Assembly: GCA_964236955.1 (NCBI GenBank)
Contig: CAXSGP010000083.1
Coordinates: 1 to 20,980 of the forward strand
Direction: 5' to 3'
DNA: 20,980 nucleotides
Origin: an uncultured Oligoflexus sp.
Lineage (GTDB): Bacteria > Bdellovibrionota_B > Oligoflexia > Oligoflexales > Oligoflexaceae
Below the pieces are notes generated by a model, which did no database searches, was not told the origin of the DNA, and saw nothing but the letters and a program-made list of their open reading frames with translations. Every line of letters begins with the position of its first letter. Position 1 is the stretch's first letter. The position numbers were made by a program, and so were the translations under genes. Below, piece after piece: positions 1 to 9,900 of the stretch.

Positions 1-1340
1 TTATTGTTTAGGGATCGCTTGGAGTCCGCGGCGTGCTTGATGAACCGTCGGTACTTCTTGCCTTGAATCCCCAGTATGGCCTCCATTTTCTACTCGTCAA
101 CTCCTGGCACGGATTCATTGTGCTTGGCACCGTGTTCCTCGTCGTAACCGGCGGCGAGGCGCTCTATGCGGATATGGGCCATTTCGGCAAGCTTCCGATC
201 CAGTTGGGTTGGTTCTACGTTGCCCTTCCTGCCTTGCTTATGCAGTACTTTGGTCAGGGCGCACTGCTGCTCAAAAACCCCGCCGCCGTGGAAAATCCCT
301 TTTACCTTCTGGCTCCGAGCTGGGCGCTCTACCCCTTGGTTTTCCTCGCGACACTTGCAGCAGTGATCGCCTCACAGGCATTGATTACTGGAGCATTCTC
401 CATGAGTCATCAGGCGGTCCAGCTCGGTTATCTGCCCCGTATTGAGATTCGCCACACATCGTCGCGGGAAATGGGGCAGATCTATGTCCCCCTCGTCAAC
501 TGGTTGCTTTGCATAGGTACCCTCTACCTTGTTTTCGAGTTTCAGACATCGAGTCGGCTGGCGGCAGCTTATGGGATAGCTGTGACCGCGACGATGGTCA
601 TTACAACAATCCTCACCTATATCGTGATGAGAAAACGCTGGAACTGGAGCCTTTGGATAGCACTGCCCTTCCTCATCCTCTTTTTCACTATTGATCTGGC
701 ATTCTTTGGAGCCAATGCCTTTAAGATTTTGGATGGAGGCTTTGTACCTCTCATCATTGGCATCGTTATCTTCGTTCTGATGACGACTTGGAAAAAAGGC
801 CGTATCATTCTTTCCGAGCGACTCCAGGAGATGTCGATACCCCTCGACCGTTTCATCAAGCACATAGTGCCCGAGGTCAAAGGCAAATCACCGGGAACCG
901 CTGTCTTCATGACGGCTAACTTTGGGATCACACCCCCTGCCCTGCTCCAAAACGTAACGCACAACCAGGTCCTGCATGACAATATCGTACTTTTTACGAT
1001 TTCCACAAAGCCCGTGCCGCATGTCCCGGATAATGAGCGGGTGCAGGTCAAGTTCATCGGCGATAATTTTTATACGGTTATCGTTCATTACGGCTTTATG
1101 GACTCACCGAACGTCCCTCAGGCCCTTCAGCTGTGTTCCAAGCATGGACTTCTCATTGAGTCACGGCGGACCATTTTCTTCCTTGGAAGGGAAACTTTGA
1201 TTGCAACCAACCGCCCGGGAATGGCCGTCTGGCGGGAACATGTCTTTGCATTTATGTCCCGCAACGCCCAGCGCGCGACGGATTATTTTCAAATACCCTC
1301 GAATCAAGTGGTTGAGATAGGCACTGTAGTCGAGCTCTAA
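1..1340 (+). CDS. kup: Kup (KUP/HAK/KT) potassium transporter, 5' part outside window; in-frame TAG at 9-11 (possible pseudogene)
   Basis: Motifs VTGGEALYADMGHFG, ENPFYLLAP, AAVIASQALITGAFS, GQIYVP, LAAAYGIAVT, YGFMD, FFLGRE, QVVEIG. Homology continues upstream of the GTG at 33 (F-I-V-*-G-S-L-G-V-R-G-V), so 33 is not the real start. Confidence 0.95.
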
Positions 1341-1365
1341 CGCTCAGACTCGATGGTCTCAACAA

Positions 1366-1400
1366 GAAAACCCTACGGCTCACAAGTCGTAGGGTTTTTC
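1366..1400 (+). terminator. Intrinsic terminator after kup (likely bidirectional)
   Basis: GAAAACCCTACGGCT-CACA-AGTCGTAGGGTTTTTC hairpin with A/T tracts, between convergent genes. Confidence 0.8.
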
Positions 1401-1438
1401 GTCGATGGCAAAGCGAGCCGATTCTACCTTAGACCTAT

Positions 1439-1473
1439 AAAAAACCTGACGGCCATTTGGGCGTCAGATTTTT
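1439..1473 (-). terminator. Probable terminator for the 1492-1770 gene
   Basis: AAAAA-CCTGACG-GCCATTTGGG-CGTCAG-ATTTTT hairpin about 20 bp past the stop codon. Confidence 0.6.
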
Positions 1474-1491
1474 CAAAGGGAGGACCTAAGA

Positions 1492-1770
1492 TTAACGAAC
1501 CGCGTTTTTACGATTGTTACGATCGATTTTGGCTTTCGCTACGTGCATGTGATTCTTTGCGTTCGATGCATGTTTACGCGTCACTTTTTTGACTTTGCCA
1601 GCGGCCCTGTGGCCTTTACCTTTGACCGCAGCGGCAGGACTTTGACCTGTCTTTACCGAAGAGTCAGCAGTATGAGTCAAAGGAGTAGGTGACAGATCGC
1701 TAGGCTTGGCTTGAGCGAAAAGATTGGTGCTCAATAGAACCGCAGCTACAAGAAAGCTAAACTTTTTCAT
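1492..1770 (-). CDS. Small secreted Lys/His/Ala-rich basic protein
   Basis: Clear signal peptide MKKFSFLVAAVLLSTNLFA, GGAG RBS upstream, low-complexity basic mature part, terminator downstream. Confidence 0.75.
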   Translation of the reverse strand: MKKFSFLVAAVLLSTNLFAQAKPSDLSPTPLTHTADSSVKTGQSPAAAVKGKGHRAAGKVKKVTRKHASNAKNHMHVAKAKIDRNNRKNAVR

Positions 1771-1982
1771 GATAAGTCTCCGTGTATCAGTAATTATAGA
1801 GAAGTTAACGGCTCACGTAGACTTAGACGAAGTGAAAATGAAAGTGGTTCAAAATAAAAAAAATATCGCTAAAGGTCTTTTCCTTCAAAGCTTTCCCCGG
1901 AAAGTATAGACGGCCAGGGTCTAAAACTTTATTTTTAGTTCATTAATAATTCATGATATATTATGCCTTCATGCCTTCAGCA

Positions 1983-2510
1983 TCAACTTAATTTGACCTT
2001 ACTGCAAATCTCAACCGTAAGGTTTTCAATGCGTTGGCTTAAGCCATGAATCACCTGGGTGAGTTCGGTATTTTGGCGAAGCAGTTCCAATATCTGTTCC
2101 GAATGATTGGCACTGATGAGCTGTCGCTCCTCGCTCGCACGGGCGAGAGCTTCCCGATGCGTGGCGTCAGCTTCGGATAAAGCTTTGTCACGATCGGCCT
2201 GGCGCGTTTGAGCCAGGAGTATGAGCGGAGCCGCATAGGCCGCCTGAAGGCTGAAGGCAAGATTGAGGAGAATAAAGGGGTAAAGGTCAAAATGAAACAC
2301 ACCCGTGAGATTGAGGGTGACCCATAGGATAACGACCCCAGTCTGCAGCGCGATAAAAAGCGGAGTCCCAAAGAACCGGGCAAAGGCCTCCGCCCTCAGC
2401 GCAAACCAATTATCCCCGAATACTGGAAAGAGGTGCGAATGAGGCGAGTGAAAGCGCAGATTTTTGGCTTTTTCTTTGGCACCGTTTAAAAACTGTAGGT
2501 CGTTGGACAT
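1983..2510 (-). CDS. DUF1003 family membrane protein
   Basis: FARFFGTP..FD.YPFILLNLAFSLQAAYAAPLILLAQTRQADRD signature. Start placed at ATG 2510 (AGGA upstream) rather than 2588. Confidence 0.9.
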   Translation of the reverse strand: MSNDLQFLNGAKEKAKNLRFHSPHSHLFPVFGDNWFALRAEAFARFFGTPLFIALQTGVVILWVTLNLTGVFHFDLYPFILLNLAFSLQAAYAAPLILLAQTRQADRDKALSEADATHREALARASEERQLISANHSEQILELLRQNTELTQVIHGLSQRIENLTVEICSKVKLS

Positions 2511-2587
2511 GACACATCCTAGGGTTAGACGAGGAAGTTTCGATCGTCTCGCCTTCCAGGAATACCATGCCTTAGCTATCCGCACCA

Positions 2588-4021
2588 CTATCCGATCGAA
2601 CCGGGCACGATTCCTCTGGCTTCCGCAAACCCTATAGTATCAACGGTCAAGCCCATCAGTTGCGCGACGGTCAGCAACGCCTGATTGTAGGGGATGCCGG
2701 AGTTACGATTTGCAGAATCATAGGGGAAACTGAGAATACGGTTGCCCTTGAACTTGCCGCCTAAGGTACCCGCTATAAACGTGGGGATACCCGCACCGAT
2801 GTGCTCGTTGGGGCGATCGCCCATGCAGGTCGAGGTCATAATCAAGGTGCTGTCAAAAAGCGATTTATCACCCACTTTAATCGCTTTGAGGTCAGCGATC
2901 GTGAGAGCGACTTGAGTCATGATAGCCGAATGCAGGTTTTGCTGCTCGGGACCATTTTCGTGGGATATTCCATGCATGTGGTTCGTCACCTTCGCACAGT
3001 TTTCAAAATTGATCACCGCAAGGCTTTCCGAATGGCCGTACTGCATCACGGCAAACCTAGTGATGCCGCAGGCCAGGGCCTCGACCATCAGGCTTCGGTT
3101 AAAAGCATTGATCTTGGGATTGATCTCCGGCAGATGAAACCAGCCGTTCCCGGTGCCGGTTGGCACGCTGGACTTCAAAACATCCACCTTACATCGCGCC
3201 GCGCTTCCAGGAGTCGCTGGCATCGGGGTTGAGCCAGGCGGGCCAGGCATTGGCGTGGGCTTGGTCGGGGAGCCCGGCGGCATCATGGGTTTGCTGCGAT
3301 CTTCCGTCTCCTTGATCTCGGTGTAGAGATCATCGAGAGCACTGACGTGTCTTTCAAATATCTGTGATTCGATCTTCCCGAGCCTGCCTTTGATACGATT
3401 CATGTCGGCTCGAACCAGCTCGAGCATGCGCCGTCGTCCGGTCACGATGCTTTCATTGGCAAGGGCCAGACCCGAGCTTCCCGCAAAATTCGCCATCGGC
3501 GTAAAACCACCGAAGATATCTTCATAGGCCGCTTTTGGATTGTCTTGTGCATTGATAGGCGCACCGCTCTTGCTAAAGCAGATAGGATGGGTTCCATCGA
3601 CGATCGTGTTGCATCCAATCGCTATGCTCTTCTTTCGCGAATTACCGCCAAACGCATCGGCAAGTCTTTGATCGATGGAATAGAGGGCGTCACCACCGCC
3701 GGCAAGGACTTCCTTTGGACCGCCGTAGTGGTTGTCACCACCCCGATGCCCAAGGCCTTTGATAAAAGTCAGCGACTCTTTATGGGCCTCAAGGGGTTTG
3801 GTAATGACCGGAAAGGAATCAAGGCTCGAAGGCGAGCCTGTAGGCCAGTAGTTGGATGCATAAGAGCCGGAGCCGTAATAGAAAAAGATCGCCAGCGGAG
3901 CCGCCGCGCTTTGTCCAAACACCTCAGTTTCCCTCAAAGCCCTTAATAGGGGCATGAGGAGTATGGTGGCACTGGCATTTTCAAGAAGTTTACGACGGTT
4001 GATCAAATCGGTTTTTTTCAT
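2588..4021 (-). CDS. DUF1552 family protein (Tat-like N-terminus)
   Basis: NRRKLL leader, 'KPLEAHKE', 'SIDQRLAD', 'NPKAAYEDIFG', 'ALACGITR', 'HGISH', 'LFDSTLI', 'PTFIAG..GG' match the family pattern. Coupled to the upstream gene by a TAATG overlap at 4021. Confidence 0.88.
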   Translation of the reverse strand: MKKTDLINRRKLLENASATILLMPLLRALRETEVFGQSAAAPLAIFFYYGSGSYASNYWPTGSPSSLDSFPVITKPLEAHKESLTFIKGLGHRGGDNHYGGPKEVLAGGGDALYSIDQRLADAFGGNSRKKSIAIGCNTIVDGTHPICFSKSGAPINAQDNPKAAYEDIFGGFTPMANFAGSSGLALANESIVTGRRRMLELVRADMNRIKGRLGKIESQIFERHVSALDDLYTEIKETEDRSKPMMPPGSPTKPTPMPGPPGSTPMPATPGSAARCKVDVLKSSVPTGTGNGWFHLPEINPKINAFNRSLMVEALACGITRFAVMQYGHSESLAVINFENCAKVTNHMHGISHENGPEQQNLHSAIMTQVALTIADLKAIKVGDKSLFDSTLIMTSTCMGDRPNEHIGAGIPTFIAGTLGGKFKGNRILSFPYDSANRNSGIPYNQALLTVAQLMGLTVDTIGFAEARGIVPGSIG

Positions 4022-5844
4022 TAGTGCGCATCTCCGCTTAGGTGCAGGGAACTTTTGGCTGCTGGCAATTCACTTTTCAGACGAAGGCGAAAGGCAGGGC
4101 TTGAGATCATCGCGATCAATGCATTCTGTAGTTTTCCACCATTGGACTGCAATTGAGCGGTCACGGTATCGATTTCACATTGATCCAACTTTCTTTGAAC
4201 CGAATCATCGACAGGCGTCACGCCTCCAAGCATCATCCTCGGGACAAATTCCATGCGGCCAAAGGAGTAACGAAAGGCCTGCCGCGCATAACATTCAAGT
4301 CCCTGCCTGGATTGGGCGATGGCTTTATAGAGCTCCTGAGGCGTGCTGATCATCACAGCCTTGTCATCCAGGCGAAACTTGGAATCGATAACAATCGGCT
4401 TATTCGAGTCCATCATGCGGAACATGCCGCTGCTATCAAAATTCTCCATGGCAAATCCAAAGGGATCGATCATTGCGTGACAAATAGAACAGGCTGGATT
4501 CTGCGAATGAACCTGAAAGCGTTCTTTGTTGCTAAGACCTGGCTTTTGCTCAGGAATTTCCATATTTTTAACCATACCGAATTCCATGCATAGCAATCGT
4601 TTCGATACGAATGCGCCGCGGGTAATGGGATTGGGCGTATCAGAAAATGCATGACTGGCGAGGAATGCCGCCTGACCTAAAATTCCTCTGCGCTGCGGTT
4701 CCCTATAGGGAATCCTATTGCCAGCATCTGGCATGGCACCGTAGACAAAAGATGTCGAGGCGTCACCTGGGGTAGAACTTGCGTTAAGCAACTCCTCAAA
4801 AGTACCTTTCTCCGGGTCAAGCATCAGGTTGGCCACGAAAGCCCGGACTTCGCCCTGCATACTGGACTTCGCGGCGGTTGTGAATTTTAAATCGGCCTTA
4901 ACCGTGGCGACAATGTTTTTACCGTCAAACCACATATCCCCAAAATCTTCCATTGCGGCTTTGGCATTGGGACTTGCAAAAAGCCGCTTGGCCTCATCTG
5001 CTATGGCTTCCGAAGTTTTGAGAGAATCTTTTTCCGCGAGACTTCGCAGTTGAGCATCGGGGGGACGCCGCCAGATCAAATAGGACAGAGCGGAAGCAAT
5101 TTCATAAGAGGTCAGTTCAAATTCGGAGTCCGCATTGATCGTCCCCAATTCCGTTCGATACATAAAATCAGGGGAGAGGATCAGACCTTGAAGGAGATAG
5201 GGAAGTGTACTCGCCGGCGTAGCTCCATCGGCGATGAGATTTTTATAGAGGTCGGTAAAGAGCTTGGTATCCTCAGCCGTGAAGGGCCGTCGCCAGGCTA
5301 GCGTCCCAATCTCGGCGATTTTTTGTGAAACGCAGTTCTCGCCGGTAGCGATGCAGGGAAAGAACCGGTTCATGTCGATGGCTTTGACCACTTCCTGAGC
5401 AAAGGAATCATAGCCTTTAAGCCTGTTGAGATCCATAAAGGTTTCTTCGGTCTGGACCGTATCGAAAAGCCCCTTTTTCGGGGTATCACTGTTCAGGGAA
5501 CTAAAATCCACGGCATCGGTCACACCAAAAACATCCTTGGCCGTATTGATGATCTCGGCATTGCTAAGCCTTCGCCAGGCCCGAATTCCCCTACGGGTTT
5601 CGACTTTGGAGCAGGTGAGGTTCTGATACCCTGAACTGTCTTTACCATTCTTTATTTCATTGCCTGCCTCGACCTCGGGAGGTTCCGGATTGCTGCCTTC
5701 GGCTTCGCCAGGGCCTATGTCTTCACCGCTCATGTCCTCGCTTTTATCGTGGGCCTTCATATTGGGCTTTGTTGGTGATTTAAGACAGCTGGTCGTTGCC
5801 GAACTGAAAAACAGGCCAAGGACCAGCGCAGTCTTTGGTTTCAT
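4021..5844 (-). CDS. DUF1587/1595/1592/1588/1585 multidomain lipoprotein with one CxxCH motif
   Basis: Lipobox-like TTSC, 'RRLSNAEIINT', 'AWRRP', 'LSPDFMYRTE', 'YEIASALSYLIW..PPD', 'RRGILGQ', 'PITRG', 'CSICH..IDPFGFAMENFD..G.FR', 'SPAFR'. GGAG RBS. Confidence 0.9.
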   Translation of the reverse strand: MKPKTALVLGLFFSSATTSCLKSPTKPNMKAHDKSEDMSGEDIGPGEAEGSNPEPPEVEAGNEIKNGKDSSGYQNLTCSKVETRRGIRAWRRLSNAEIINTAKDVFGVTDAVDFSSLNSDTPKKGLFDTVQTEETFMDLNRLKGYDSFAQEVVKAIDMNRFFPCIATGENCVSQKIAEIGTLAWRRPFTAEDTKLFTDLYKNLIADGATPASTLPYLLQGLILSPDFMYRTELGTINADSEFELTSYEIASALSYLIWRRPPDAQLRSLAEKDSLKTSEAIADEAKRLFASPNAKAAMEDFGDMWFDGKNIVATVKADLKFTTAAKSSMQGEVRAFVANLMLDPEKGTFEELLNASSTPGDASTSFVYGAMPDAGNRIPYREPQRRGILGQAAFLASHAFSDTPNPITRGAFVSKRLLCMEFGMVKNMEIPEQKPGLSNKERFQVHSQNPACSICHAMIDPFGFAMENFDSSGMFRMMDSNKPIVIDSKFRLDDKAVMISTPQELYKAIAQSRQGLECYARQAFRYSFGRMEFVPRMMLGGVTPVDDSVQRKLDQCEIDTVTAQLQSNGGKLQNALIAMISSPAFRLRLKSELPAAKSSLHLSGDAH

Positions 5845-6257
5845 CTCTAGCTCACTCCTGATGCTTTGGGAATGGCCTGCCCATGGGGGGGACCCACACG
5901 TTTCATAAGCTTAACTGAAGCTCTTTTCGGCAAGGATCAAAGAAACTTGATGGGCAATTTTGACATTTTGGATGAAAAAAACTTTAGGAAAAAGGCAGCG
6001 GAATGTCTTTTTTTGACAGCCGCCGGCAAAGGCTAAGCTTTTGACTGGATGAGCTTCACCCCATGCCTATAGTGATAATAAGTCCCATGAACCACTGGGA
6101 ATCCCAGGCCTTAGACTTGAACCTGGGAAAAACCTGAAATGACTAAACAATCTTTGATCTCCAAGGAGGATTGGTCTGGACCTATTGAGGACATGGTGAA
6201 ATACGGTAATCGGTCCCTCCCGCCATCCGAATAGGTCCAGGATCTTCTCCCCCATGC

Positions 6258-6294
6258 TTAGGTATTGACCTAACTCATTAAGCTGTATTAGATT
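6258..6294 (+). promoter_or_regulatory. Sigma70-type promoter overlapped by a palindromic operator
   Basis: Palindrome TTAGGT-ATTG-ACCTAA (6258-6273) overlaps -35 TTGACC (6265-6270). -10 TAGATT (6289-6294) at 18-bp spacing puts the predicted +1 near the ATG at 6302. Confidence 0.6.
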
Positions 6295-6301
6295 TTCTTC
6301 T

Positions 6302-6367
6302 ATGATTAATAAACAGGAACAACTCGACGGTACTTTCAAATCCCTCATGGATCCGGGAAGAGGATGA
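6302..6367 (+). pseudogene. N-terminal stub of an ArsR/SmtB-family repressor
   Basis: Translates MINKQEQLDGTFKSLMDPGRG*, matching the ArsR N-terminus pattern (..QLD..F.AL.DPTRR). Sits directly before an SRPBCC gene, the usual ArsR partner. Confidence 0.7.
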
Positions 6368-6370
6368 CTA

Positions 6371-6868
6371 ATGACAATTTCCCCTAAGATTGACCCCAGT
6401 CTCGATTTAGTCCTGGAAAGAGTGATCGACGTCAAACCCGAGTTGGTTTGGAAAGCATGGACCCAGCCCGAGCACATTAAAAAATGGTTTACTCCGGCGC
6501 CGTGGAAAACAGTGGATTGTAAGATTGACCTTCGGCCGGGCGGCGCTTTTGAAACGACGATGGAGTCACCGGAAGGCGAACAGTTTCCCAATGCCGGCTG
6601 CTATCTGGAAATCGTCGAGAATCGAAAACTGGTATGGACTTCAGCTCTCCTGCCGGGCTTTCGCCCCAATGCCAGGCCTGAAAATGGTATCGGCCTGCTT
6701 TTTACCGGAATAATCTTAATCGAACCACACGCCAGAGGTTCTCAATACACGGCCATCGCCATGCACAGTATTCCTGAAGATTGCAGACGGCATGACAGTA
6801 TGGGATTTCACGAAGGTTGGGGAAAGGCGCTTGATCAGTTGATTGAGCTGACAAAAAAGATGCGATGA
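6371..6868 (+). CDS. SRPBCC/AHSA1 (START-like) domain protein
   Basis: DLVLERVID..PELVWKAWT.PEHIKKWF, DLRPGG, GCYLEIVENRKLVWT, MGFHEGWGKALDQL. Confidence 0.93.
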   Translation: MTISPKIDPSLDLVLERVIDVKPELVWKAWTQPEHIKKWFTPAPWKTVDCKIDLRPGGAFETTMESPEGEQFPNAGCYLEIVENRKLVWTSALLPGFRPNARPENGIGLLFTGIILIEPHARGSQYTAIAMHSIPEDCRRHDSMGFHEGWGKALDQLIELTKKMR

Positions 6869-6917
6869 GCCCAGGAACCTAAGGGCAGCGCGAAGCCCGT
6901 AATTCAGGTCGATTGAA

Positions 6918-6952
6918 AAAGCCGTCGGACCTCGGGTCAAACGGCTTTATTT
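6918..6952. terminator. Bidirectional terminator between the SRPBCC and TonB-receptor genes
   Basis: AAAGCCGT-CG-GACC-TCG-GGTC-AA-ACGGCTTT hairpin between convergent genes. Confidence 0.7.
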
Positions 6953-6997
6953 CTTAAGATCGGCAGTAAGCCGCTCGCCCCGGGAAAGCAGGTGGTC

Positions 6998-9900
6998 TTA
7001 GAAGTCGTAATACGCGGCGATTTGCAGCTTCCAGACGGAATCCAGAGTACGAACGCTCTGAACATCCGTCGCCCGGAGATTCGAGTAGACGTAGCGATTC
7101 GTGTTCGCCTCATAGTTCACGTTTGCAACTGAATTCATAAAGGGGAAATTCGCCTGCTTGGCCTGGCCCCAGTTTTTATCGAGAAGGTTCGGCAGGTTTT
7201 GCACATCAAAAACCAGACGGGCCTTCCCCTTCTCGCCATAGCCTGGAAGCTCTTGCGCGAGGCGAAGATTAACCTCTTGTATCCAGTCACTGAAGAAAGC
7301 ATTGCGAGGAGCGGTCTGGCCACGATATTTGCCGAGATGATGCTTGTTGATGAAGGCATCCATCGCCTCCTGGCTGATCGCGCCTTTCGTTGCATCGCTT
7401 TCTAACCTGACATCACTGCCATCGCCTTTAGGGACATAAAAGAGCATCCGGTTGGCGCCTGAGAACGCCGCGGACTCGCCATACATACGGGCAAGGACGT
7501 TACGATCGCCACCCATTGTAAAGCTGTAGGGTTGACCCGAACGTCGTTCATAAAAGACGTTTACACTTGAGGCGAGGTCGGACCAAAAGTTCGTTTCATA
7601 GCCGGCGCTCAGCAAGATACGGTGTTTGCGTTCATAGATGGAACGATTGGCTTCAGGATCATTCGGATCTTTTTTGATTGCGATATTGCTGTAGTTGCTC
7701 GAAGAGGTGGACGAAGTCGCCGGACTCACCTCTTGAACGTCTTGCCAGGCATAGGAACTCCGGACATTAAAACCTGTCTTGAAATTCTTATCGAGACTTA
7801 CACTGGCGTTGTGGCCATAGCCCTTATCCGTGTTGGTCAAAAGGAGATCGTAACCGCGGTTGACGTCAAATTCCTGACCCGTTGTCACCGAAGGTGAGGT
7901 GTCATAGATAGCGCGGCCGTCGGGAGCGATTGCTTTGGGAAGGTTCTGCCCAAGCGCTCCAATGCTCGCATTGTTGCGACGAAGGTCCTTCCAGTTCACA
8001 CCATAACGAGTCTTGGTATAGGAATAGTTGAATTCCAGCCCCACATCATCAATGAGGCTTGGAATATCGAATTTATAATCCAGACCGGCTTGAAATTTAT
8101 AAGACTGTGGAATTTTGAAATCCGGATCCATGGCGTCGACGTTGCCGTCACCGGCCTTTAGCTGGCTTTTAATTCCATTCGGTACATTGCGCCCATCAAA
8201 GCCATTGATAAGATTCTGATCATTAGAGCTGACATCGTCGACCGATACCCCATCATTGGTATAGGTGTTGGATACCCAAACGTTGGGTGTGCCACCGCTG
8301 AAAAGTCCCAAACCACCATGCAGATTGAGTTTTGGAGCTGCCTTATAGGCGACGCCCAAACGTGGCAGGAATGTCCTACGACCGGAAAGATCAGAGGTAT
8401 TGCTGTAACCATAGCGTTTGACGAAAAATTCGTTACGACCGGTTTTGCCGGATGCATCATAGAACTCAGCCCGCACCCCAGCCCGCACTGTCAAGGCAGG
8501 ATTGAGCTGCCATTCGTCCTGAAGATAAAGCGTGCTGACGCCATAGTTCCACTTGGCTGCGGCATCGTCTTTGTTATTGGTGACTGCATTCTGATAGTTC
8601 AGGCGACTTGGACTCTTATTTTCAAAATTGTCGATCGTATCGTAGAAGGCACGGCCGTTTGCATCCTGGAGAAAGAGATTGAAGACATCGACGGTTTCCA
8701 CCTGAACGCCTGTGGTGACGAGATGGCTATCCGCGAGATAGCTAAGTTCAGCACCGTAGGAGTTCGTGCTATTGCGAAGTTCGTTGGCATGACGCGAACG
8801 ATCAGGCCCTAGGAAGATGGTACCCGCTTGCTGAACGTCAGCAGGCGAAACCGACTTGGAGTTTTTAACTTCAGCTTGCATGAAGCCGTTGCCGTTCAGG
8901 GGAACTTGCTCGGTTTTAACTTTTTTGCTGCTTATTTCCAACTTGGTGGAAAGGGCATCGGTCCAATCGGAATAGAGGCGCAGCGAGCCTGTGTGCATCG
9001 TATCGCTTTTGTCAAACCAGTTGGAGGTCAGAGGAAGGTTGCTGCTATTCGCTGTCTGATCGCTGACAACGTTACCGCCGGCATACTGATATTTTGCTTC
9101 AAGGCGATGGGCTTCGTTTATTTTATAGTCGAGTTTGAGTAGGAATTTCCTATCTTCTTCCCGCAAAGTCTTTGAGTAGGTACCGGCATTGAAACCGTAG
9201 ATCCGTTTGGAAATATCCTGGATCCGGGCCACATCATCCAAACTTACTTTGTCGGTGAGAACGGGCTGGCCTGAACCTCTTGGGCCAGCCGTACTGGGTT
9301 TTATCTGATCCAGACCCTCTGCCGTCAAAAAGAAATGAAACTTGTCTTGGATAATGGGTCCACCGAGCGAAAAGCCAATCCGATTTTCTGTAAATTTGGA
9401 ACCAAGTTTCTGGTGCTTCGACTTTTTGCCCGTCAGCTTGTCTGAGCTATAGCTTGTCATCACGGTCGATTCGAATTCGTTGGTTCCGGACTTGGTCACC
9501 ACGTTGACGTTGCCGCCAAGAAAGTTGCCGTAACGAACATCGAAAGGAGATTTTTCAAGAGAAATTTCTTGTACTGACATCAGCGAGATGGGGCTACGCT
9601 GAGTCGGGTAACCATTGAGGTTAAGACCGAAAGAGTCATCCTGGCGCATTCCGTCTATTGTTATACTATTAAAACGGTTGTTAGAACCGCCTATGGTCAG
9701 CCTGCCATTATCAAATACAGCATCGGGTGCCTGCTTGATGATTTCGCGTAAATCCTGGTTGGCGGCGGGAGCTTTAGCGATATCCCCTGCAAAAAACATA
9801 TTCTTTTGGGAGGTAACAGACTGTTTCTGACCCACAATTTTCATAACTTCGACCTTGCCAAGGCTCAATGTTATCGCTTCGTTATTGCCGGCAGTGAGAG

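Noticed and set aside
3200..3295. Pro/Met-rich repeat-like stretch in DUF1552
   Set aside because: Low-complexity linker at a position that is variable in this family; not a DNA repeat array.
6080..6170. 6S RNA-like words (AGTCCC-TGA, CTTGAACC)
   Set aside because: Spacing is too short and no long closing stem with central bubble can be formed.
6067..6591. 174-aa minus-strand ORF and other antisense or nested ORFs in the track
   Set aside because: Shadow frames of well-supported genes, with no recognisable motifs or RBS.
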